From NCBI RefSeq assembly GCF_037042905.1, contig NC_087245.1, positions 22,880,001 through 22,944,000 of the forward strand: a DNA stretch of 64,000 bases, in the 5' to 3' direction. This document shows positions 52,931 to 64,000 of this stretch, piece by piece (positions within the stretch are counted from its first letter, which is position 1; each line of letters starts with the position of its first letter). Below the pieces are notes generated by a model. That model did not search any database and was not told where the DNA came from. It saw only the letters and a program-made list of their open reading frames with translations. The position numbers were made by a program, and so were the translations under genes. This DNA comes from Lytechinus pictus. Taxonomy: Eukaryota.

Positions 52931-55900
52931 GTTTCTGTCTATAAATATTCATTTATTTCATACTACAACATAAGGAGCCATGCAGATGCATGTACATAAT
53001 ATAATGCCTTGCGATAGGGCATAAGTTCCGTGCCGGGAATCGAACCCCGGACTTTCATGCGTGACCTCAGTTGCGATATTTGAATTTGAATACCACACGA
53101 ATAACAATGAGTACACGACATTTGTTTGTTAGTCAATTGATAAATGTGCAGGCCAGTACACTGAATTTCCTTCCATTAGAAATGACAATTTGCTTGCGAT
53201 GAGATTTGATGGAAAGATTAGCTATCCTATCCAATAAGCCGAAGCAATCATGGCAATCCCGCAATATTCGTTCCTCCAATCAATCGTGCAGGCCTACAGG
53301 TCATTGTACGTTTATTGACAACGTATAGTTGAAACCATAGAGCTATTACAGAATATCTCCATGGTTGAAACAATGATCATAATAATTCCAACCACTGTAT
53401 TCATTTATACCCACCGTCAGAAAATTATTAGGAAGGTCAGCTATAATGATAAAAGCAGGTTTTGATAAGGGCCTATGCAGAAGGTTACCGACCACGATAA
53501 TCATAATAGGGAGATAATATTCTTCTAAAATAGATCTCTATGAGATAATTTTTACAAATTTATTCTTAGTACATGCAAATTCGCCTTGGATTGAATTCGT
53601 TATTCTACTATAGAAAAATAATATAATTGGTTTTAAAACAGTGTACATAGAGAGACACTCACGATCATGGAAACAAATAGTTATGTCTCGATAAAGTACA
53701 TCAGAGAATAAAGAATTGATTTGGATTTCACTGTTTCATCTCTTTAACTGAGATACGAATAAGGAATAAAGTAAAACAAAAATATGATCAAGGATAATAT
53801 TAATCATGTTTGCATAGTAACACCTACTTAATTTGTTGGGTTTTAGGTTGGAAAATATATCGTTTTTTATTTGAATTTGTAATGAATCTATTTTGTGGTG
53901 CAATATACATTTACAGGATTCTTGTCAAAATGTCTGATTTTGGTGTGTTTTTTATAGACTAGCTTATAAACCATCGATGACGCCATCATACACGGGTTAA
54001 AAATAAAATATGTTAATCCAATACACAAATGAACGGATAGAACAAAGAAACAATGGTTGTTGTCCATGTTTCATATTGCAATGCACACACACCACAAAAT
54101 AACGGGCAAGTTTTGTTACAATGCTTCACTGAAAAAAATATTTAATTAGACATTCCAAGCCTCATGTATTGATTTGACCATAAAGAAATATAGCTTAATA
54201 TTACACAGAAATGAGGACTATAGCTTTATCATCAAGAGTAACAAGGGTATGATAGTGTATAGTGGACACAACTATCATTCACGCATTTTTCCCCCTATAT
54301 TGATGCTCTATCGGAACATAATGTAGAGTATAGCTGTTGATTCGGTATACGGTTCTCCTCTTAAGCAAATCTTCATTGAATAAAAACATATTAATTAAAG
54401 GAAGGTTACGAATAAATCGCTTCTTCATAGATAGGAATGAACAAACACACTGAACAAAAGTCATACAATTCTTACCTCTCCAACGATGTGCGACCCGAAA
54501 TCAATTGATGTAATAACAGTGCAGTATTTTAACACATTTGGAATGAAACCGCTTCTGTATTTGAAGTAGGAGAATAAAATGATTAATTAATAATATCTCG
54601 AAGCAGGTTAAGACAACATTAAACTTGATAGTCTCATTTTTATTCGAAATGTCAGGCAATGATTCTTATGTCTGTACCGCTCGAAACTTCTGCAACACGT
54701 TCACGCTGCTAACCCTTATCCGGACAATGCCGACAGCTCACTTGGCATTGGAAATGCATTAAATCTATGTATACGGACATCTGATATCCATGGTACGATG
54801 GTAAGGGGTATACAATGCCCCTCAGAGCTTGAGTGATGTTTATTAGTCTAATGCTATAATGATTGTGACAGAGTTTCGATGCAGGATCTGGAACGATTGA
54901 TGCTGGGTGGATGCGTGGCGCCTTCTTCTTTGTGCTTATTGATGTACCAGGAGGCTCCCACCTTTTTCCGGTTGAATGGCACATCAGCAGTCAGTTTGAT
55001 CCTAATTAAATTCACGTTTTCCTACGATCTCTCCTCCTTAACCCTCTCAGTATTTCCAATCCAATTTTCTGTATCCAACTATACATATAATTCGTCTCCT
55101 TATAACTCCAATTGAGTCCATTAACTTTATTTGGTGTATTCTCCATTCCTTGGGTTTAATTCTTTTCTAGTTCTTCGAGTTCAAATGGCACGATATCTGC
55201 ACTTTAAACCTTAAAGCGTAAAAATTTGCCTGCCAATTTTTGTAAAGATAAAATGTAAAAGTATAATTAATTTAATCATAATTAATGAATAAATAATAAA
55301 TAATTAACAAACAGTTAATAAATAAAATAGGTATAATTATTCCTTTGCATGATTCCTATCAGCATATTAGATAGGCCTTCTTAAGGTCAGAGAAGAAGGT
55401 ATACCTACAGATATATGATGTGATATAAAATCAGAATTTGATTTAGGACGCTTTAAAATAAACATTTCATCATATATAAATTCTTTAATGGCGGACTTAC
55501 TTAATCCTCGTAAGTATTCTTACCATTATTTTTTATTCATAGCCATAGCAATATCCGCTTTCCCGTTTTCTGCATTTCCATGTCCCCCACCTCTTATTTA
55601 CGCGTTGAATTGAATTTTCTCCAATTTGCGTGGTTAATGGAAGCCAGTTAGTGGAAGTAGCTTTCCAGAATTCCTTGTTTTCTTCAAGCTGGCTTTTCTG
55701 TTTAGCAAACAGAGTACATACACAATGACAGTAAATATATGGGCAAGGACGCAAAGAGTTTACAAGTATTATGTTTCGCCTTGGTGATAGAAAATGTATT
55801 TTATGTCAAAGGAATATATATTATCCAAATGCCAACAGGAACCAGATTGTCTCCGTACAAATCCTATCGGAATTACAGAATTCACGACATCTTAAGCATG

Positions 55901-57099
55901 CTTCTAGTCATATGGAATGGCGATATGCCCGACAGACCGTTGAAGACACTGATTGAATGTTACACCAAACTATTTCAATTTTAGAAAATGCACACTTTTT
56001 TTATACCTCAAATCCCCTGAAGAACATTTTGTGATGTGATATTAATGAGTTTCACGACTCCAGTCAATTCGAATTAAAGTAACTGCTCACGTTAGCTCTG
56101 CACATTAGTGGACAGTTTTCTTTAGCGATGGGCGTAGATAAAGAAATAATGGAAAATTGAATGATTCGCTCTTAGCAACCATATTATAGAAGCCGAAATT
56201 TCCCGTATTGCAAGGCGTATACTGCATGCATACAAGCTAACGAGAGTGATGATGCAAAAACTCTCTTTCACAGTGCATTGGTTTTTTATAAAGAAAATAT
56301 AAACATTAATGCTTCTGTTGTAGCATATATCAATTTATCTGGGGCCCAATAGTACAAATCCGAGAGACTGATTGTAAAAAACAAATCTTTACGAGTGATC
56401 GCACGTAATCATCAATGAAACCAACTCTAAAAAATCAATCTTATCATCAATCGTAGTTCCCGGTTGTTTACATGAGTTCTCTCCAGAGCTTATTATGATT
56501 CTAATTTGTACGCCTGCATGAATCTTGGGTTCCTTTCACTCTGTCAGGAGGATTTCTCTTTGACATTAAAAAACATCTTGTCTCATCATTGAAAAATCGA
56601 ATCGATCTTGACAAGTAGTAGAGTATCTCAAAAAAGTCAAGCTTCTTCTTCGATGATGCATATTGAATTTATCAAAGATGTAAAATATGAAGAGGAAAAT
56701 ACGAATTTTACTTAAACATTAAAAACCCCTTTTAAAGCTTATGTATATTATTTTCTGGAATTACAGAAAGTTAAACTTATTTCAAATTTTTGTATGGGAG
56801 TGTTTAATTTATTTGCTCATTTCTTCTACATATAATCCCTTAAACATTACTTTTCTAATTTAAACATAACGATCAGGAACACGTATAGCACAACGACCCC
56901 ACTTTAACACATACCAAACCCCAGACACTCTGCCACTCTTCCCCAAAACACACAGTCACATCTACACCACCACACAAAACCATCCCGCACACACATAATC
57001 GTTCTTCAAAATGTTTTATTAGATGTAGAATTCAAAATAGATTTTAAATATTTACATCAACAACAAAAAGAAATTAAGTGAGACACATATGAATATAGG

Positions 57100-58096
57100 A
57101 ATTGATGGGAACGATATAGCAGTCACAGCGAACTTGTATCAGAAACAAAAACAAGGATACGTTTTGAATGAGGACTATACGAACCAGTAAATACACAGAG
57201 AGGTGTTAGACATGGCTGTGTATTATCTCCATCCCCTTTTCAACGCCTACACAGATTTCATCTTTAGAGATTCGGATAATATGCCAGGTTTAAGAATAGG
57301 CGGAATTAGAGTAAATAACCTTCGCTATGCAGATGGCACAGTCCTTTTGGCTGAATGCAAAGTAGATCTACAGTCACTTCTAAGGAATATCAAAGATAAC
57401 AGTGAACAGTTCGACCTGAAAATAAACATCAAGAAGACAACAATATATCAAGAAAAACTGAAATACCGAAAGCAGATATTATGACAGAGGGGAAGATGGT
57501 AGAACAAGTCAACAGTTTTATATACTTGGGTCAGCAAATTACAGAGGATGGCAAATGTGAACAAAAAATTAGAAGAAGGATCTGCCTTGCAAAGAACTCT
57601 TTATCGAAACTCAGCAAGCTTCTCACCAACCGGAATATAAGCTGTAACACACGATTACGCATCAACAAATGCTAATGCGTGGTCCATCTTCATGTACAGC
57701 AGTGAGACAAGGACATTAAACTCATGTATGGAAAAGAAAATAGAGGCCTTTGAAATGTGGTCCTATCTCAAAATGTGCCGGATATCATGGAAAGAAAGGA
57801 ATTCAAATGATGATGTCCTGAAACTAATGGACCTCACACGGAAAGAACTATTGATGTATAAAGGAACACAAACTCTCATACTATGGCCATACCAGAAGAC
57901 ACAAATCTTTGTCAAAGAAAGGCATGGAGGGAAAAATTGAAGGCAGAAGAGGGAGGGGACGTAAAAGGAAAAGCTGGTTTGGAAATATTGAAGAGATGAC
58001 AGGCAGAAGATAAATACTTGCTGTGAGATAATACTGGACAGAAAGATGGAAAACCATGACATAAAACCTCTTTAAAGAGGAGGAATGTTGCATCAC
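57100..58096 (+). mobile_element. RTE-clade LINE reverse transcriptase fragment (decayed)
   Basis: RGVRHGCVLSP, NNLRYADGTVLLAE, VEQVNSFIYLGQ, IEAFEMW..KMCRISWKER.SN, with frameshifts and stops. Confidence 0.88.
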
Positions 58097-58589
58097 GAAT
58101 TGTCAACCCTGCACAATTGTCGCCTAATTTAGACGACAATTTGTGGAGAAGGGGACACCAGAAATTGTCCCCCTTTTTACTAAACTTACTTGTCTCCATG
58201 AACACACACACACACAAAACAAAAACAAACAAAATAGGTCATGTATAATTCGTAAGAATCAGTGTATATTTATCTTGGTGTGCGTGTGTGTTAATTAACA
58301 ACACTTTGAGTGAAACTGATGGTGGTATCTCACGTTTGAGACGGATTTTGGACTACTTTTAAACGGTTTTGAGACGATTTTGAAACTTGTCGCAGAGACG
58401 TCTTCTGAGGCCCGACGACGTTTCATTAGTCTGGGGAATCTCAAAACCGTCTCAAAATAGTCCGAAATCCGTCTCAGAGACGTCTGCAATACTTGTTTCC
58501 GTCACGAATAAGATATTTTTCGTATCCAATATTTTTACTGTCGCGAAGACGTCTTTGAGACGGGCCCCTGTGGCTAGCCCCCGTGGAAT

Positions 58590-59370
58590 TTTCGGTGAAT
58601 TGCCATTTGGTCTAAACCCACTTTGACTATGTCCTTTTCGTCTAATGCCCACTTCGTTTACCGTCCATTTGATCTGTCACCACTTGTTCGTTCTCAGTAA
58701 CAAACTGGTAATAGACTAAATATTCATTTGGGCATTACATGAAAATGCAATTAGACCAATTGGTCATTGGACCAAATGAGAATTAGACCAAGTATATATT
58801 AGACAAATTGCAAAATAGACCAAATTATTAGTAGACCAAATGGGTTAAGCCCAAACGGAGAATTAGTCCAACTGTTATTAGACCAAGTGGATAAAAAACG
58901 AATTTCCCACGGGCTCTGCTGCTGTTCTCTATATTAGCTTCTCCCAAAGGTAAATTACCAGTTGGTCTAAACCCGATTGACTTATGGCCGTTTAGCCTCA
59001 TCCTATACATGGTCTAATTCCGTTTCGTCTTCAACCAGTTTACATTTTGGACTAATCGTCATTTTGCCTATTTACCATTCCGTCTAATTTCCATTTGGTC
59101 TACTTTCTATTTGGTGTAATATCTAATTGGTCTAACACCACTTGGTCAATTCATGTAACAGACTGGAAATATTTATTTGGGATTTAGACGAAAATGCAAT
59201 TAGACTAGACCATTTGGCTATTCGACGATTCGTCAATTATACCGCGTGATCATGGAACCAAGCAAGAATTCGATCAATTCCTACATTTCAGACCAAGTGG
59301 AAGTTAGACCAAACTGGAGCAAATGGGTTTAGCTCATCAGAGAGTTTGACCAACTGCTATACTGCTAGAC
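58590..59370. repeat. Repeat built from TTAGACCA / TGGTCTAA short units in alternating orientation blocks
   Basis: Dense recurrence of the motif; two similar TGGTCTAA-then-TTAGACCA modules from ~58590 and ~58950. Confidence 0.65.
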
Positions 59371-59957
59371 CGAGTGGATATAGCTCCCCCCAAAAAAAAT
59401 ACACACGTAAAAACACACACACGCACCCGCCCCTACCAACACAACACTCACCTCTAACACAACGCACACAACCTTACCACAAACAACGACACACACCAGG
59501 ACGCACATACACTACACACCAGACGGGTGATTGAAGGGGAACACTTTCAGTTTTAGGGGGGCAAAATCCCGAAGGGGCACAATATTTTTGACAGCGTAAG
59601 ATACCGAAGCGATCGAGCGGGAGAGGGTGTGGGACCCCCCATGGTAAGGACTTTCTGTAAAAATGGAGTATAAAAGTTGCGTTTCTAAGAGCATTCAAAA
59701 ATAAATTTCTTGAGAATTAAACATAGAATTCACTACGAAAGACTATACTCATAATTTATGAGAACCTATGAAATCTACGCGCAAAACAATCGCTTCGGAA
59801 TGTGGTTTTCATGTCTGATCAATTAAATTACGTATTACGCTTATATTGACTCAAATTACCAGAAATTACATTTTACATGCAATATCCTTTCAGAAACATT
59901 ATTTTATTTATGTACATTTACATACACGGACGACGCGAGAGAGCACAATCATCATAA

Positions 59958-61320
59958 GGACTATCACTTGGTTCAAATCATATTTATTTGATCGACAACA
60001 AGTGACACAATTCAAAGGAGCCAAATCGCACCCTTCAATCGTCAAATTAGGCGTGCCACAAGGGTCAATTCGAGGTCCCCTTTTATTTTCAATATATGTT
60101 AATAGTTTACCTGAATGTATTCATGAAGGTATCATAGATATGTACGCTGACGACACGACACTTACCGTCAGTGCGAATGATGCGACAGTTTTGGAAGAAA
60201 AAATAACTGTTGCATTAAACAAGGTCATGGCATGGATTAAAGATAATCAGCTCGTCCTCAACACTGAAAAAACTTGTGTCATGATAATAGGTTCTCGTGC
60301 TAATCTCAGGAAAATAGATTCTTTCACGATTTCGTTAAACGGTGATTTGATAAATAGAGTTCAATTCACCAAATGCTTAGGAGTTTTGATAGATGAAGAA
60401 CTGAAATGGTCAAAACAAATTGAAAATGTATGTAAACTTACTCAGAAAAGTATTGGCATAATAAAGAGAGCCAAAAGTTCTTTGCCTGTGCAGTCCTTGA
60501 AGTTGCTTTATAACAGTTTAGTGTTGCCAAGATTTGATTACTGTTCTGCTATATGGTCGAATAGATTTCAATCCCATACAATTAAGCTGCAAAAAATTCA
60601 GAAGAGGGCTGCAAGAATAATATTGAACAAGACATACGACACACCGTCGGCTGATTTGTTCGCAAGTCTTAAATGGATGACACTAGACAAACGATTTGAA
60701 CTCAGTCGCGTTTTGATGATATATAAATGTGTTCATAATTTAGCATCTTCTTACCGCAGGTAAACTTAACCAATCCAAATGATGTACATGAACATCATAC
60801 CAGACAGAGAGACAGTGGATATTTACGCGTGCGCTAGTTTCGCACTGATTGTTATAAGTGTAGTCCAATTGTTTCTTCAATATTTGAATGGAATAAGCTT
60901 GATAATTCAATTAGAACAGCTCCTTCTGTCATTTCATTTAAGAGAATGTTTAAAAGAAATTGTAATTTATAAATAACTTGCGGAACATCCACTGTTGTGC
61001 GTATTTTGTGTTAGCATGACCTTGATGATTTGGTGTATATCATCAGTATTTTCAAGATGTCGTTCTTAGTTAATTTGATTTATTGATATTTGATTATATG
61101 TCAAACGAGTGTCCGTCTGCGTTTTGTTTGCTGCTAAGTTTGTTAATGTTTCGTTTTACATTCAAAACCTAATGTGAATTTTAATGCCGTAACATTCTGT
61201 ACATACGTTATGCATTTTGTAAATATGTTTATTGTTATTCAGGGCCCCATGGAAGACCACTACTTATTGGTGAATGGGCTACCCTGTCAAAATATCAGAA
61301 ATAAATAAATAAATAAATAA
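59958..61320 (+). mobile_element. 5'-truncated CR1/L2-group LINE: RT C-terminal half, 3' UTR and (AAAT)n tail
   Basis: WFKSYL.DRQQ, GVPQGSI.GPLLF, MYADDTTL, KCLGVLIDEELKW, LQKIQKRAARII; frameshift near 60760; tail at ~61298-61320. Confidence 0.92.
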
Positions 61321-61875
61321 GTTTCAAGTAATTCCTGTCAGAACAAGGAGTGTATTAAGCAGAAGAAGCGTAACAACAGAAACAAAAGAAATTCTAATGA
61401 ATGTCTTTTCAAATTCAAAATGTCATACTGTTCTGACGTGGCAGACGTCGATAAGCACTTAAATCCCCATTGTATGCAAATAATTTCTGACATCAGCATT
61501 GGAGATAGTCCCTGATAATATATACATGGGCAATACGTTTCATATTTTGTAACTGGAGGAAAAAGAAATATGACAAGCTTAATTATCTAACAATTTAAAA
61601 CTTTTCTGAAAATCATTAAAGTTTAAACATTACTCTATTTATGTGTTTCCTTTTGCATGTTTTGTATGGCTTGGAAGCACTTTTGGATGACTCCTTCAAA
61701 ATCTTCTTTTTTCTTTACATATTTTCTGGGGAAAATGTGACCATAACTAGGAAATGATGAATATCAAATTCCAGGAAATATTCATTTGTAAATAATCATG
61801 AACTGATTAACAAACTACCGCAGTTCATAATGTACATTATGTAACATTATTTAGAAGCAAACAATTACATTCCAA

Positions 61876-62317
61876 TAGCGGATGTGGTTGACGGTACACC
61901 ATGTGGAATTTTCGAAAAAGTGGATAGAGGAAGAAGTGACATTGATAGGGGAGGAAGTGGACGGTTGATAGTCGAGTAATTTTTTGTTTAAATGAGCGTA
62001 GTCCTGAAAAAGATAGTAAACCAGAAAAGGTTGAAGAGTTGAAGAGGCTTGAGTAGTTGATAGATGAGTACTCCTGCTCTGCACTCCATTCGCCGACTCA
62101 AGCTAGCATCTTCTCATTTATCCAATAATCCAACTACTCAAGCCTCTTTAACTCTTTAACCTTTTCTGGTTAACAGTCATTTTCAGAACTACACACATTT
62201 TCAAGAAATATTACTCTAGGACCTATTCTCAATCTTCCAATTTCTCGCCTATCAATTTTACTTCTTCCTCTATCCATTTAGACTCCACTTGGTGTATACC
62301 GTAAACCACATCCGCTA
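61876..62317. mobile_element. Palindromic MITE with TAG termini (Academ-like)
   Basis: TAGCGGATGTGGTT ... AACCACATCCGCTA; ~185-bp imperfect inverted arms. Confidence 0.7.
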
Positions 62318-63146
62318 CACACCACCATGCAAGCCCTCAAACATCATCTAATTATATTCCAGTGTGTTTCTCAAGAATTTGTAGAAGTGTAACACATCTA
62401 TTTGTACTCGACTACATACCAGGAAGGGCAAAATAATGAAAATATCAGTATTAGTACGGCTAATATTAAGCCATACGCTACAATATTATTTGTCCAGGCT
62501 TGCAACATGGAGATAAATGATTATATAAGGCTATAAAATTATTGTATCATACTGATATCTTGTTTTCATTTCGTAATTATCAAAACATAAGAATATATAT
62601 GGGTGAGCTCATTCTACTCTGTACTCAAATACAATCACTCTTCTAAAATGTGTAATGCACACATCGTTTGTCAAAACCACTTGCTTCCCCTCAACGTCCT
62701 CCAAGATCCAAAAGATTCCATCCAGATGATATATAAAACGAAAAAATGAAAGAAAATGAAAAGCCCACTTATAGAAAAAATACAAATTATCGGACAAACT
62801 TTGAATGTCATGATAATTTCCAATGTTCACTGTCATGACTGTGCTCAACTACTTAGTCCTTTTTAAGATGAGCAAATGTGTTCTTTCTCTTGCTATCTCC
62901 ACTACTAATGAACTCATTGACTAGTTCACACATGTCAGCTTTGTCTGCCTTGTCCTTATACAAGGATAAGATCAGAAGAGAGTTCAACCTTCGCTGCATG
63001 CATTGGTGAACCACTTTCAATTTGCCATTCGGTTTTAGTCTGAAATGTATTCATTAAAAGGTTAAACGACTTATCACACTGTAATAAGATGGAAAAGGGA
63101 CTTATCAAAGGTATGTTTTACAGAGGGACAAGTTCGTCAAAAGACA

Positions 63147-64000
63147 TGAATTTGAATTTATTACCAAATATCACTGTCAGGTACAATTACAAGGAATAGT
63201 ACATCACATATAAACAAAACATTTGGTAATTGGAGCTAACATAATAGCAAGATGCTAATTGAGGTTAGCCCCAAATAATGTCATTATCATAGTTTAAACA
63301 ATTAATTTAACTAAATCTTAATATTGTACATCAAATTCAGTACTAATTCTACTTATTACTGTTGCAGAAAATTTCGATCCTTTTCAGTGAACATATTTAC
63401 ACTATTTACAAGAAAAAAAAATCTTAATTATTCACAAAATCTTTATATAGAATTATTTGTTTTCAGGCAGTATTTTACCATACCAAATTGATTATAATCT
63501 TCCAGTAGCATTAATTTTAACGATTTGCTAAATATCTTACGACTGGGGGTGTTTCTAATATTACTTGGCAGATGATTCCATAAAGTAGGACCAGAAAATG
63601 AAATTGATTGTTTTCGCAAATTGGTAATATTTTTGTCAAGATTAACATTTCGCTTTTCTTTATTTCTTGTATTGTAAGGATGGTCTATAAATGAAAAATG
63701 ATAAATAAAACTATGCGGCAACCGATTATTAATTAAATCGTGCATAAATACTCCTATCAAATATTGGTATTGTTTGAAAATATCGAGAATATTTAGATCA
63801 TAAAATAAAGGAGCAGAGTGATATGTATGATGGTTGAACGTCATTATTCTAGATATTCGTTTTTGAAGTAATAATATAGGGTCCAGGGTTGTTTTGCACG
63901 TCCCACCCCCTACTTCCAGACCATACGTTATATGTGGTAAAATAAACGAGTTGTATAACATAACTAAGATTCTCTTTGTTACATAATTCCTCAATCTATA
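63147..64000 (-). mobile_element. CR1/L2-group (Crack-like) LINE 3' fragment, continues beyond the window
   Basis: LYNSFILPHITYG.EV.G, LQKRISRIM, HSAPLF..LNIL, SISFSGPTLWNHLP; 3' UTR stem-loop and AAATTC-repeat tail. Confidence 0.88.

Noticed and set aside
53025..53070. tRNA gene on the minus strand
   Set aside because: Only a B-box/T-arm-like segment (GGGAATCGAACCCCGG); no full cloverleaf, likely SINE-derived.
54709..55115. Overlapping 78-91 aa ORFs in a slightly GC-richer patch
   Set aside because: No recognisable motif or consistent splice structure.

Overview
AT-rich, intron-containing animal genomic DNA; the repeat landscape suggests a sea urchin or other echinoderm (inference). The first ~24.7 kb is a pile-up of PIF/Harbinger (PHIS) transposons inside a TMEM145-like gene. 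Element 1 (<1-15850, left end outside the window) carries an apparently intact 5-exon, 350-aa DDE transposase (minus) facing a Myb/SANT-type partner gene (plus). Between the two lies an inverted, decayed copy of the transposase. Element 1 ends inside a TMEM145-like coding exon. The splice donor of that exon carries a nest of four elements, including Element 2 (16121-23510), a decayed relative with complete TIRs. Downstream are the 3' exons of the TMEM145-like gene, a single-exon ~728-aa uncharacterised multi-pass membrane protein, an 8-exon MS4A/CD20-like tetraspan gene (minus), many MITEs and SINEs, and three LINE RT fragments. All exon structures were inferred by hand from GT-AG sites and reading-frame phase; no transcript data or database searches were available.
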